DNA from: Candidatus Hydrogenedentota bacterium
GTDB taxonomy: Bacteria > Hydrogenedentota > Hydrogenedentia > Hydrogenedentales > JAEUWI01
Assembly: GCA_030432675.1 (NCBI GenBank)
Contig: JAUIMA010000001.1
Coordinates: forward strand, 1 to 53,100
DNA length: 53,100 nucleotides
Direction: 5' to 3'
The position numbers were made by a program, and so were the translations under genes. Positions 8,912-18,549 of the stretch are shown one piece after another (positions within the stretch are counted from its first letter, which is position 1; each line of letters starts with the position of its first letter). The notes under the pieces are model-generated. The model made no database searches. It was not told the DNA's origin and saw only the letters and a list, made by a program, of their open reading frames with translations.

Positions 8912-10333
8912 TTATTTTTTCTTAGGGCGATAGATGTGGGTTGCGGTACCAAATACCGACGCGGCCGTTTCCATAACCGATTCACTCAAGGTCGGGTGGG
9001 GGTGAATGGTCAGGTCCAAATCGCTGACCAGCGCGCCCATCTCAATGGCGAGGGTACCTTCGGCAATCAGCTCACCGGCACCGGCACCTACGATACCCAT
9101 ACCCAACAGCTGTTCCGTTTCGGGGTCGGAAATAATCTTGGTCAACCCTTCGGTGCGGTTGATGGTCGTCGCACGACCGGATGCCGCCCAGGGGAAGCGT
9201 GCCACGTTAACTGCGCGGCCTTCTTGCTTGGCTTCTTCTTCCGTCAAACCACACCAGGCCACTTCGGGGTCGGTAAAGACCACCGCAGGGATCGCCTGGG
9301 GCTCAAAGGCTGCATTGTGTCCGGCGATGACTTCGGCGGCCACGCGCCCTTCGGCCGACGCCTTGTGGGCCAGCATGGCCCCACCCACGATATCGCCAAT
9401 TGCAAAGATATGCTCATCGGCCGTGCGCATCTGCTCGTCGACTTCGATGAAGCCCCGGTCGTTAACGACTACGCCCGTGCTCTTCAGGCCGAGACCGCTG
9501 GAATTGGGTTTCCGGCCGATGCTCACCAGCACCTTGTCAAAGACGCGGTTGGGCTTTTTGATACCTTCGCCTTCGAGGGTCACTTTGATGCCATTCTTCT
9601 GCTCTTTCATTTCGGCAATCTTGGTATTGAGCAGAATCTCTTTGAACTGACCTTCCAGACGGGCCTGCAGGGGCTTGACCAAATCGCGGTCCGCGCCGGG
9701 CAGGAGACCGGGCATCATTTCCACGCAGGTCACTTCGGAGCCCAACGCGGCATAGACGGTACCCAATTCCAACCCGATGTAACCACCGCCCACGAGGAGG
9801 AGGGATTCGGGAACGTCTTCCAACAGCAAGGCACCGGTGGAATTCATGATTCGATCGGTTTCGATCAAGGGGCCGAAACGGGCAGGACGGGAACCGGCAG
9901 CGATAATGGTGTATTCGGCGCTGAGCTTCACCTGCTTGCCATCGGCTTGCGTCACGACCAGGTTGGTGGAGTTCACAAAGTTACCACGGCCCTGGATGTA
10001 ATTAATCTTACGGGCATTCACAAGCTGACCAAGGCCACCGGTCATCTGCTCGACCACACCGGCCGTCGAGGCGCGAACGCGGTCCAGATCGATTTCGGGC
10101 TCGCCGTAGCTGAGGCCGAAGTAGGACGCCTCACGGGATTCATTGATTACCTTGGCCACATGCAAGAGGGCCTTGGAGGGGATGCACCCGCGATAAAGGC
10201 AGGTGCCGCCGGGGTTCTTTTCCACATCGATCAGGGTGACATCCAGCCCCAGATCAGCGGCCATAAAGGCGGCCGCATAGCCACCGGGTCCACCGCCCAG
10301 TACGGCAACTTGCGTGCTTTGTTCGCTACTCAT
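8912..10333 (-). CDS. lpdA: dihydrolipoyl dehydrogenase (E3)
   Basis: 473 aa. FAD motif GGGPGGYAAA. Redox-active disulfide GGTCLYRGCIPSKALL. Downstream of aceF. Confidence 0.95.
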   Translation of the reverse strand: MSSEQSTQVAVLGGGPGGYAAAFMAADLGLDVTLIDVEKNPGGTCLYRGCIPSKALLHVAKVINESREASYFGLSYGEPEIDLDRVRASTAGVVEQMTGGLGQLVNARKINYIQGRGNFVNSTNLVVTQADGKQVKLSAEYTIIAAGSRPARFGPLIETDRIMNSTGALLLEDVPESLLLVGGGYIGLELGTVYAALGSEVTCVEMMPGLLPGADRDLVKPLQARLEGQFKEILLNTKIAEMKEQKNGIKVTLEGEGIKKPNRVFDKVLVSIGRKPNSSGLGLKSTGVVVNDRGFIEVDEQMRTADEHIFAIGDIVGGAMLAHKASAEGRVAAEVIAGHNAAFEPQAIPAVVFTDPEVAWCGLTEEEAKQEGRAVNVARFPWAASGRATTINRTEGLTKIISDPETEQLLGMGIVGAGAGELIAEGTLAIEMGALVSDLDLTIHPHPTLSESVMETAASVFGTATHIYRPKKK

Positions 10334-10388
10334 GATTTATCCTCTTCCCCCGTCGGGGTTATGTTTTCTGCTGCTCCACCAGGGGCTA

Positions 10389-11741
10389 TCAGGATTCCAG
10401 AATCAACTTCCAGGGGTTTTCCAGGGCCTCGGCCACCCAACGCATGAAGCGGGCCGCATCGGCACCGTCGATGAGACGGTGGTCATAGGAAAGGCTCAGG
10501 GGAAGCATCGTCCGGGGAACCAGCTGTCCATTCTGGAAAACACCTTCCACGGCCGAACGGGACACCCCGAGGATGGCCACTTCCGGCGAGTTGATGATGG
10601 GCGTAAAGCCCGTTCCACCAAGACCACCCAGATTGCTGATGGTGAAGGTCGTGCCGGACATGTCTTCCAGCGTCAACTTGCGGTCCCGTGCTTTCTTGGC
10701 AATACCAGGAAGCTCCAGGGCCAATTCCTGCAGGCTCTTCTTGTCGACGTCGCGGATGGCGGGCACCAGCAGACCGGCCGGGGTATCCACCGCCACGCCG
10801 ATGTTGTAGTACTGCTTCAAGATGACCTGCTCGTTTTCGAGGTCGATGCTCGCATTAAACTTGGGAAAGCGGCGCAGCGCTTCGGTGATGACCTTCATCA
10901 AGAAGATGGTCACTGTCAGGCTTCCGCCCTCGGCCTTGATGGCGGGCGCATACTGCTTGCGGACCTGTTCCAGCGCTGTAATGTCGGCCTTCTCAAAGTG
11001 GGTCACATGGGGGATGGTCGTCCAGCAGTGGGTCATGTGGGCGGCGGTCTTTTTGCGGACACCGCTCATGCCATCGCGAACAATCTTACCCCAACGGTCG
11101 TCTTCCATGGCACCGGCCACGGCGGGTGCGGCGGAAGTTACCGGTACGGGTGCGGTCGTGGCAGCCGGAGCGGCGGAAGCCGATTCGCTGGCCGGGGGCG
11201 TGGCACCACTGGAGGAAGCGTAGGCTTCCACATCCTGGGCGGTAACGCGACCACTCGGATCCGACGTGGGCACGTCGGTCAATTGGACACCCAGGTTCCG
11301 CGCCAATTTGCGCACCGAAGGCGAGGCCAACACACGGCCGCCCACAGCGGGCTTTGCAGAAGGGGCCGCTTTGGGAGCGGGTTTCGCGGGTGCCGGGGCT
11401 GCCTTGGCTGCGGGCGCGGGCGCGGGTTTCGGAGCTTCCTTCTTCGCGGGCGCTTCTTTCTTCTCCGCCTTGGCAGCAGGCTTGGCTGACTCGCCACCAC
11501 CAGCCGACTCGTCGGCGACCAGAATAACCTGGCCCACACTCACGGCATCACCCACCTTGACGCGGATTTCCGTAATCTTGCCGCCAAAGGGAATGGGGAT
11601 TTCCGCCACGGCTTTGTCGGTTTCAATTTCGATGATGGACGTGTCGGCCGCCACGGTGTCACCCACCGAAGCCAGGAGGGTTGCCACGGTGCCCGAGGTA
11701 ACGCCCTCGCCCAATTCAGGCAATTTAAATTCTGTCGCCAT
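10389..11741 (-). CDS. aceF: dihydrolipoamide acetyltransferase (E2) of pyruvate dehydrogenase complex
   Basis: 450 aa. Lipoyl domain IETDKA. Ala/Pro-rich linkers. E3-binding domain ASPSVRKLARNLGV. Catalytic DHRLIDGA. Confidence 0.93.
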   Translation of the reverse strand: MATEFKLPELGEGVTSGTVATLLASVGDTVAADTSIIEIETDKAVAEIPIPFGGKITEIRVKVGDAVSVGQVILVADESAGGGESAKPAAKAEKKEAPAKKEAPKPAPAPAAKAAPAPAKPAPKAAPSAKPAVGGRVLASPSVRKLARNLGVQLTDVPTSDPSGRVTAQDVEAYASSSGATPPASESASAAPAATTAPVPVTSAAPAVAGAMEDDRWGKIVRDGMSGVRKKTAAHMTHCWTTIPHVTHFEKADITALEQVRKQYAPAIKAEGGSLTVTIFLMKVITEALRRFPKFNASIDLENEQVILKQYYNIGVAVDTPAGLLVPAIRDVDKKSLQELALELPGIAKKARDRKLTLEDMSGTTFTISNLGGLGGTGFTPIINSPEVAILGVSRSAVEGVFQNGQLVPRTMLPLSLSYDHRLIDGADAARFMRWVAEALENPWKLILES

Positions 11742-11838
11742 TAATCTCTCGTCCTGCGTGGTTCCGAATCATTCCGATGAAACATCACACAAGATGCCGC
11801 ATCAGACGATCCGCTGACCTCGGTTTCGCGCGCAAGCC

Positions 11839-11913
11839 CACCGTCCTGCAGGACGGTGCGTTCGCGGTAATGTACGTTGTATAAATGCAGCGACACGCAT
11901 TCCGTGTCGCTGC
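11839..11913. repeat. two perfect palindromic stem-loops in the aceE-aceF spacer
   Basis: CACCGTCCTGCAGGACGGTG (11839-11858) and GCAGCGACACG-CATTC-CGTGTCGCTGC (11887-11913), inside a 209-nt intra-operon spacer. Confidence 0.6.
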
Positions 11914-11950
11914 GCTAGGATTCAATCAGGCCAGCGGCCCGGCAGGGCCA

Positions 11951-14620
11951 TCAGGCAGAGGCCGGGTCGGGCTTGTTGGTTGCAATCTTCATGTCTTTCA
12001 TGGCCTTTTTGACCACGTCGATTTTTATTTTCCCTTCGCGGGCCAGGGAATTCAGCGTGGCCAGCACGATAAAGCGGGCGTCCACTTCAAAGTGATCGCG
12101 GAGGGCTTCGCGGGTTTCACTGCGGCCAAAGCCATCGGTGCCCAGGCTCTCGATGCCCTGGGGAATCCACTTGAGCAGGCTGTCGGGCAGGATCTTCATA
12201 TAATCCGACGCCGCAACCACAACGCCCTCTTCATTGGCCAGACACTTGGTCACGTAAGGTACGCGGGCCTTGGAGCCGGGGTGAATGCGATTCCAACGCT
12301 CAACGGCCAGACCATCGCGGCGAAGTTCGCCGTAGCTGGTCACGCTCCACACATCCGACGCGACTTTGTATTTCGTCTCGAGGATGTCGGCGGCCTTGAG
12401 TACTTCGTTCATGATGGCGCCGCTACCCAGCAACTGGGCCTTGAGCTTGGCACCCTTTTCCTGGGACGCGCGGAATTTATACATCCCCTTGAGGATGCCA
12501 TCACGCACCGTCTTGCCCTTGGGCATGGCGGGCATGGCGTAGTTTTCATTTTCCACGGTCAGGTAGTAGAAGACGCTCTCGCCGTTTTCATACATGCGGC
12601 GGATGCCATCCTGCACAATAACCGCCAGCTCATAGGCGAAGGCGGGGTCGTAGCAGAGCATGTTGGGCACCGTGCTACCGAGGACCAGGCTGTGCCCGTC
12701 CTGGTGCTGGAGCCCTTCGCCATTCAGCGTGGTCCGACCGGCCGTACCGCCGACGAGGAAGCCTTTGCAACGAATATCGCCCGCAAGCCACACCAAATCG
12801 CCAATACGCTGCATGCCAAACATGGAGTAGAATACGTAGAAGGGAATGGTGTTAATGCCGTGGGTGGCATAGGCCGTTCCCGCTGCCAGGAAGGACGCCA
12901 TGGAACCGGCTTCGTTGATGCCTTCTTCCAGAATCTGACCATCCGTCGCTTCGCGGTAATACAGCAGGTTGTCGGAGTCCACCGGCTCATAGAGCTGGCC
13001 TTTGGACGAGTAAATACCCACCTGGCGGAAGAGACCATCCATACCAAAGGTACGGGCTTCGTCGGGCACGATGGGCACAATCAAATCGCCGAGCTTTTTG
13101 TCACGGAGCAGCTTGGACATGATGCGCACGAGGACCATGGTGGTCGAAACGGCGCGGTCGTTGCCCGAGAAGAACTCCTTGATCAATTCATCGCTCGGTG
13201 CCTTAATGGCCGGGGCTTTTACGTCACGACGGGGCAGGTAGCCACCCAGTTCAGCACGACGGGCCTGCAGGTACTGCATTTCCGCTGTTTGCTCGTCGGG
13301 CTTGTAGAACGGCGCATAGGCCACTTCATCGTCGGTAATGGGAATGCCGAAGTTGCCACGGAACTCGCGCAACTCATCTTCGTTCATCTTTTTCTGCTGG
13401 TGGGTAATGTTCTTACCTTCACCCGCTTCACCCAGGCCATAGCCTTTGACCGTCTTCGCCAGGATAACCGTGGGACGGCCTTCGGTTTCCACCGCTTTCT
13501 TGTAAGCCGCGTGGACCTTTACGGGGTCATGACCGCCCCGTTTAATCTTACGGAGTTGCTCGTCGCTCAGGGTGTCGAGGAGGGGCTTGAGTTCGGGGTC
13601 GCGCTCGAGGAACCACTTGCGGATGTAGTCACCCGATTCCACGGTAAACTTCTGATAGTCCCCGTCCACGGCGTTTTCGAGCACCTGGATGAGGCGTCCA
13701 CCGTGTTCGGATTCGAAGACCGGATCCCACTCGCTGCCCCAGATCACCTTGATCACGTTCCAGCCGGCACCCCGGAAGATGCGCTCCAGTTCCTGGATAA
13801 TCTTGCCGTTACCACGCACCGGACCGTCCAGACGCTGGAGGTTACAGTTGATAACGAAGATCAGGTTGTCGAGGTTTTCCCGCACAGCCAGGCCGATAGC
13901 ACCCAGTGTTTCGGGCTCATCGCATTCGCCGTCGCCCAGGAAGGCCCACACGTGGCCGCCATTGTCGGGCTTGAGGCCACGGTCTTCCAGGTAGCGGTTA
14001 AACCATGCCTGGTAGATGGCCATGATGGGACCAAGCCCCATGGAAACGGTGGGGAATTGCCAGAACTCGGGCATGAGCCAGGGGTGGGGGTAGGAGGAAA
14101 GTCCGCCGCCCTTCGCCAGCTCACGTCGGAAGTTCTTGAGGTCTTTTTCGGTCAGACGCCCTTCCACAAAAGCACGGGCATAAATGCCGGGGGAGGCGTG
14201 GCCCTGGAAATAAATCTGGTCGCCGCCGTGCTCATCGGTCCGCCCGTGGAAGAAGTGGTTAAAGCCCACTTCATACAGGTTGGCGGAGGAAGCATAGGTC
14301 GAAATGTGACCGCCCACACCGTCGCTCTCGCGGTTGGCACGGACCACCATGGCCATGGCGTTCCAGCGAATGGTCGACTTGTTGAGTCGCTCCAACTCGC
14401 GATCACCCGGATACTCGGGCTCTTCGTCCACCGGAATGGTGTTGATGTACGGCGTGTTCGCCGTAAAGGGAAGACGCACACCCCGCTCGTAGGCCCGATC
14501 AGAAAGGCGATCCAACAGCTCACGCCCGATGTGCACGCCGCCTTCATCGACCAACGCGTCGAGGGCCTCCAGCCATTCCTGGGCTACTTGTTCATCCAAA
14601 GATTCGGGTTCAGTACTCAC
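11951..14620 (-). CDS. aceE: pyruvate dehydrogenase E1 component, homodimeric type
   Basis: 889 aa, the AceE-type length. GGHISTYASSA and the ThDP-binding region GDGECDEPE are present. Operon with aceF and lpdA. Confidence 0.95.
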   Translation of the reverse strand: MSTEPESLDEQVAQEWLEALDALVDEGGVHIGRELLDRLSDRAYERGVRLPFTANTPYINTIPVDEEPEYPGDRELERLNKSTIRWNAMAMVVRANRESDGVGGHISTYASSANLYEVGFNHFFHGRTDEHGGDQIYFQGHASPGIYARAFVEGRLTEKDLKNFRRELAKGGGLSSYPHPWLMPEFWQFPTVSMGLGPIMAIYQAWFNRYLEDRGLKPDNGGHVWAFLGDGECDEPETLGAIGLAVRENLDNLIFVINCNLQRLDGPVRGNGKIIQELERIFRGAGWNVIKVIWGSEWDPVFESEHGGRLIQVLENAVDGDYQKFTVESGDYIRKWFLERDPELKPLLDTLSDEQLRKIKRGGHDPVKVHAAYKKAVETEGRPTVILAKTVKGYGLGEAGEGKNITHQQKKMNEDELREFRGNFGIPITDDEVAYAPFYKPDEQTAEMQYLQARRAELGGYLPRRDVKAPAIKAPSDELIKEFFSGNDRAVSTTMVLVRIMSKLLRDKKLGDLIVPIVPDEARTFGMDGLFRQVGIYSSKGQLYEPVDSDNLLYYREATDGQILEEGINEAGSMASFLAAGTAYATHGINTIPFYVFYSMFGMQRIGDLVWLAGDIRCKGFLVGGTAGRTTLNGEGLQHQDGHSLVLGSTVPNMLCYDPAFAYELAVIVQDGIRRMYENGESVFYYLTVENENYAMPAMPKGKTVRDGILKGMYKFRASQEKGAKLKAQLLGSGAIMNEVLKAADILETKYKVASDVWSVTSYGELRRDGLAVERWNRIHPGSKARVPYVTKCLANEEGVVVAASDYMKILPDSLLKWIPQGIESLGTDGFGRSETREALRDHFEVDARFIVLATLNSLAREGKIKIDVVKKAMKDMKIATNKPDPASA

Positions 14621-15016
14621 CAGGGACCTTCATCCTTTCCACTAAATCGGGCACGCATGGACATGCCGCGAAAGATATTGAATTGCAGATTCTGGAAACT
14701 CAATCTGTTCCATACCCGGCAGGCACCGAGTGACATGGTATTGTAAGCCACCCACCCCGCTTACATCAAGGTCAGACCCGTCGCGCTACGCTATCAATAG
14801 CGTTTTCAAGCCCTTAGACCACTTGATACCCCGCCCTTTTCGCCCCTCGCACCGTCCAAAAAGAGCCCTAGGATTAATCGAATTGCGCCCAAAGCGTAGC
14901 GATTGTACAGAATAGATTACCCGCTCATGGCACGATTCCTGCACCTTCAAGGCAGTTGAATGACTCGCGTTGAAACGCGGCATGAGTCCCCGCCCAACCG
15001 CAGAGGAGTGCCTGTC

Positions 15017-15778
15017 ATGTTACGCAGTATGAACGAACAACTGAACTACACCGTGGAAGCCCTCGACGGCGAAGCCGGTCACCTCCACGATTTCCTCATC
15101 GATGAACGCACCTGGGTCGTCCGCTATGCCGTGGTCGATCTCGGCCACTGGCTGCCCGGACGGAAGGTCTTGCTCGCGCGCCCGGGGATTGACGCGGCCG
15201 ACTATGCCAGCAAGACCCTCACGCTCAAGGCCACAAAGGCCCAGATAGAAGCTTCGCCCGACCTGACGGACGATGCGCCGGTCTCGCGCCAGTATGAGCA
15301 GTATCTCTATGAACACTATCAGTGGGCTCCCTATTGGGCGCCGGGATTCGCCGGAGGCGGCGTTATGCCCATGGAGACGACCGCTATCTCCGAGCCCGAT
15401 TCGCCCCCTTTTAAGGCGGTAAACCCCCACCTGCGCAGCCTCCGGGAGCTTACGGGCTATTCCATCCTGGTGGATGAGGAACACGTCGGCCGGGTGGATG
15501 CCTTCATGTGCTATGACGACACCTGGGAAGTGCCCTTCCTCGTGGCCAATGTGGGTGGGTGGTTCCACAAGGAGCGTCTCATGGTGCCCACGAAACGGGT
15601 GGGCGAGATTGCCTTTACCGAACACCGACTCACCCTCAACATGCGGGCCGATACGCTGGATGACTTGCCCGCCTTTGACCCGGAAGCACCGGAAGCCGGG
15701 CGCATGGAAATGTGCGTCTACGACTATCGCGGCAAGATGGTGTCCCACGAACCGGTCAAAGACAAACACCGCCGTTAA
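15017..15778 (+). CDS. PRC-barrel domain-containing protein (two PRC-like halves)
   Basis: ORF 14960-15778. ATG 15017 is preceded by GAGGAG at 15003-15008. YTVEALDGEAGHLHDFLIDERTWVVRYAVVD and YSILVDEEHVGRVDAFMCYDDTWEVPFLV are PRC-barrel-like. Confidence 0.75.
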   Translation: MLRSMNEQLNYTVEALDGEAGHLHDFLIDERTWVVRYAVVDLGHWLPGRKVLLARPGIDAADYASKTLTLKATKAQIEASPDLTDDAPVSRQYEQYLYEHYQWAPYWAPGFAGGGVMPMETTAISEPDSPPFKAVNPHLRSLRELTGYSILVDEEHVGRVDAFMCYDDTWEVPFLVANVGGWFHKERLMVPTKRVGEIAFTEHRLTLNMRADTLDDLPAFDPEAPEAGRMEMCVYDYRGKMVSHEPVKDKHRR

Positions 15779-16099
15779 TCCCTGACCATACCCCTGTGTG
15801 GCGGTCGCGGAAGTCAGTCCATTCCGTGGTCGCCACATTTGCATAGGCCCCTGGCCCGTGTAGGTTTTACACAGACACACTGTATCAATAGTTTCCAACG
15901 TTACCAGGCGGCAGCCCCTGGCACCCGGGCATCTCGCCTTGGCACCGTGCTAATCCGGGCGTTTACACCCACTTAAGCGCCCCATCACCGGTTTCGGCAA
16001 GACTCTTGCACTGTACCTGTAGCCCGAAGGCATCCTGACCGCCCTAGGCGACACGATGTCCCACGAAACCGGAAAACCGGTGGAAAGAAGAGGTAACCC

Positions 16100-16594
16100 A
16101 TGAACGCACCCAAAGCACACACCGAAACCGTCACCTCCCTCGGACGTACCCGTCAGGCCAGTCTCGGCGAGGTCATCCAACGGCTCGTCGAAATCCACGC
16201 CCAACTCGCCGCGCATTATAGCCGCATGGCCCTCCGCGTGCCCGGCGACCGCTTCGGACTCGTCCTCACCTATCTCGCAGGACACGAGATGTCCCTCGTG
16301 GATTACCTGCAGAAATTCCTGACCGACGTACCCGAGACCGTGCGGGACCGCCGCTTCAAATATGTACCCGATTTAGCAGGTGCCGATCTCTTCGAACGGC
16401 TCATCCAGCAACCCACCACCGACCTGGACGCCCTCGCCGAACGGCTCCAGGAAATCCACCACGCCATCGACGCCGTCTACGAACCCCTTGACGGCAATCT
16501 GCTCCCCGAGGACCTGGCCGAAGTAGTCGACAAACTCCGCCTCCAGGAAAAAGAACACCTCATCGCCCAGCTCCGCGCCATCAATGATGAGTGA
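16100..16594 (+). CDS. hypothetical helical protein
   Basis: 164-aa ORF with GAAGAGG upstream of the ATG. Followed by a strong intrinsic terminator. No motif recognised. Confidence 0.65.
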   Translation: MNAPKAHTETVTSLGRTRQASLGEVIQRLVEIHAQLAAHYSRMALRVPGDRFGLVLTYLAGHEMSLVDYLQKFLTDVPETVRDRRFKYVPDLAGADLFERLIQQPTTDLDALAERLQEIHHAIDAVYEPLDGNLLPEDLAEVVDKLRLQEKEHLIAQLRAINDE

Positions 16595-16637
16595 CGGACG
16601 GAGCGATAGGGCAGAAGGATAGCGAGCAAAAAGCGCA

Positions 16638-16680
16638 CCCCCACACGCCGACGAATGCGTGTGGGGGTGATTCTTGTTTT
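16638..16680 (+). terminator. rho-independent terminator
   Basis: CCCCCACACGC-CGACGAAT-GCGTGTGGGGG followed by TGATTCTTGTTTT. Lies 44 nt after the stop of the 16100-16594 ORF. Confidence 0.75.
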
Positions 16681-16807
16681 GGGGTGTGGGGTGACCTACA
16701 GGACGCCCACGCAGTGCCGGTGGATGACGCACCGATACGCCGACACAACAACGCGCCTGGCACTCCCCTCCTGGGAGGGGCTGGGGTGGGTTTGGCGGGA
16801 AGAGCGC

Positions 16808-17578
16808 TTACCGAAAAACATGTTCCCGGTGATAAGCTACGTATTCGGGATCCGGCAGAAAGCGATGGGGGGCGACAATGGGCTTACCGGCGACCTCCTG
16901 TATGGCTTCCGCGTCGGCACGTGGCAGCGCCATCACCTCCGACGACACCACCACCCGAGACGCCTCATCCAACGTAATAAGACCCCGGTCAAAGGCCCGG
17001 TCGTGAAGGGCGTTGAGACAGAGCCCATTGCGCGGGTCCGTGCGCGCCTCAGGACGTGCAGCCCACGGGACTATGTGACTCGCATTCAGCAGCGACGGAA
17101 CCGCGAGGCCCGTGATGCAACATCGGCTGTGATAGGATTCCAAAACCATCTTGCGGAAGAACCCCTGATTGACCCGCTGCCTCACCAGCGCCTCCCGCGT
17201 GGTGCCCTCCCGCACCACCACCGCCGACTCTTCGGGAGACGCCGCAGCCACCGTCTCCTCTAACGACACTTTCAAGCGCGCCGCGAGCAGCCGTTCACTC
17301 TCGAAGACCATCCCATCCCAATCCGCGAAGAATTCCTCCCACACCGCGCGGTCGAGCTTGCTGGCGTTTGTGGCACCCTTTCGCGCCAAGGCGGGGTCTA
17401 TACTCGCCAAGTTTGCGAGCTTATAACTCACCGAGCCAGGCGTTCGCTCAAGAAGCTCTGCCAATGCGATTATCTTGGGATTGCCGTAGTGAATGCTGCC
17501 AAATGAAATCTTGCAATATAGATTTATCGCAAGGATGAGTTCCTCACGCGCCCATGCTCTGCCACGTGCTGCGCTCAT
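16808..17578 (-). CDS. HNH_2-type endonuclease (restriction-endonuclease-like)
   Basis: ORF 16808-17734. Probable start is ATG 17578 (MSAARGRAWAREELILAINLY), overlapping the upstream stop as ATGA. The C-terminal half CCITGLAVPSLLNASHIVPWAARPEARTDPRNGLCLNALHDRAFDRGLITLD matches the HNH_2 (PF13391-type) signature as I remember it. Confidence 0.8.
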   Translation of the reverse strand: MSAARGRAWAREELILAINLYCKISFGSIHYGNPKIIALAELLERTPGSVSYKLANLASIDPALARKGATNASKLDRAVWEEFFADWDGMVFESERLLAARLKVSLEETVAAASPEESAVVVREGTTREALVRQRVNQGFFRKMVLESYHSRCCITGLAVPSLLNASHIVPWAARPEARTDPRNGLCLNALHDRAFDRGLITLDEASRVVVSSEVMALPRADAEAIQEVAGKPIVAPHRFLPDPEYVAYHREHVFR

Positions 17579-17910
17579 GCGAACTCCATCATTCGCGCCA
17601 TCACACTCTCGGTGGTCCAACGCGCATTTCCTGCCAATGCAAACCGTGCTAGAAACTCGCTCGCGGCAAGATCGACCGTTGGAGCTTTCTCCGTGGGTAT
17701 CACCGACGCGATTTCGTGCCAAACATGGTCGCATTCGCGGTAGGGTGGCTCTTGCAAGTCTTCCAGCCCAACTTCAGACGGCACGAAAAACTCTCCTTCG
17801 TAGAAGTGCTCTTGAATTTGCTCAAACGTCACCTCCCCGGAAAGAATTACCTCGTGAAACAGCTTGTAGTTTCCGCCATCGCGGTACCTATATTCGATGT
17901 GGGTGTTCAT
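17575..17910 (-). CDS. small hypothetical protein translationally coupled to the HNH nuclease
   Basis: 111 aa (MNTHIEYRYRDGGNYKLFHEV...). GGGAGGGA RBS 5 nt upstream of the ATG. Its stop overlaps the HNH start by 4 nt. Confidence 0.7.
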   Translation of the reverse strand: MNTHIEYRYRDGGNYKLFHEVILSGEVTFEQIQEHFYEGEFFVPSEVGLEDLQEPPYRECDHVWHEIASVIPTEKAPTVDLAASEFLARFALAGNARWTTESVMARMMEFA

Positions 17911-18078
17911 TGGTCCCTCCCGATTGCCCTGGACATCGCTGTCTTCTCTCGCCCATTGTATTCATAATATACTGTCTTGAGCAGACAGATTTCACGGTTT
18001 AACGTTGGTGGAGGTTAGCGACGGACGTTGGAAGCGAGTCTACTCGATAGGACGCCGTCGCAAAGCGGAGTGGCCACT

Positions 18079-18357
18079 ATGGACCCTAAATCTTCGAGCG
18101 TAGAGGGAATATATTCAATTTCGGGCAAGCAGGGCTGGGATGCCATAGATATCATGTGGTGTACCCCTGAGGAAGTCGACGGCTATCTTTCCGGTGATTT
18201 CTACGGTGAACGTTTGGACTCCGGTTGGTACTTTGGGCCCCTGGTCAAGATTGGTGAGACGATTTTTGAGGTTCCGCCTCATTGTGAGGGTCCTCGGGGA
18301 CCCTTCGCTACGCGTGAGCAGGCCTTTGGGGCGGCGCAGACCGAGGTCGAAAACTGA
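18079..18357 (+). CDS. hypothetical protein
   Basis: ORF 18028-18357. ATG 18079 has GGAG 9 nt upstream. Divergent from the HNH pair. No motif recognised. Confidence 0.5.
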   Translation: MDPKSSSVEGIYSISGKQGWDAIDIMWCTPEEVDGYLSGDFYGERLDSGWYFGPLVKIGETIFEVPPHCEGPRGPFATREQAFGAAQTEVEN

Positions 18358-18400
18358 TTGTGCAACGCGTGGTCCCAGAGGCTGTTGGCGCCGCGTTTTT

Positions 18401-18529
18401 GTGGGACGGGTGGGACGGTCGAATAGTGAATGATGAATTGAGAATAGTGAATTGACTGTCTCGCCTTTCGGTGCCACATCATCTGAACGACACGGGTCCC
18501 ACAAGCCCCACAGGTCCCACAGGTCCCAC
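18401..18529. repeat. composite hairpin element: 9-nt periodic arms plus AT-rich GAATAGTGAAT module
   Basis: GTGGGACGG x2 (18401, 18410). GAATAGTGAAT at 18421-18431 and GAATAGTGAATTG at 18442-18454. Inverted GTCCCACNN x4 at 18496, 18505, 18514 and 18523. Confidence 0.85.
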
Positions 18530-18549
18530 ACAATCGGGTGAGTCCTACT

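Noticed and set aside
11885-14746. 953-aa ORF on the plus strand. Similar very long ORFs occur at 21009-23399 (+), 37329-39596 (-), 8873-10447 (+), 30541-32382 (+), 1915-2844 (+) and 6594-7904 (-).
   Set aside because: Each lies antisense to a gene with strong, recognisable motifs (aceE, PQQ dehydrogenase, oxoprolinase, lpdA, wzc, pyrB, kinase). Their translations are low-complexity and G/R/H/V/A-rich. These are typical shadow ORFs of high-GC DNA.
16591-17263. Plus-strand ORFs 16591-16977 and 16655-17263.
   Set aside because: They run across the terminator hairpin and lie antisense to the HNH nuclease gene. Their composition is Arg/Pro-rich with no motifs.
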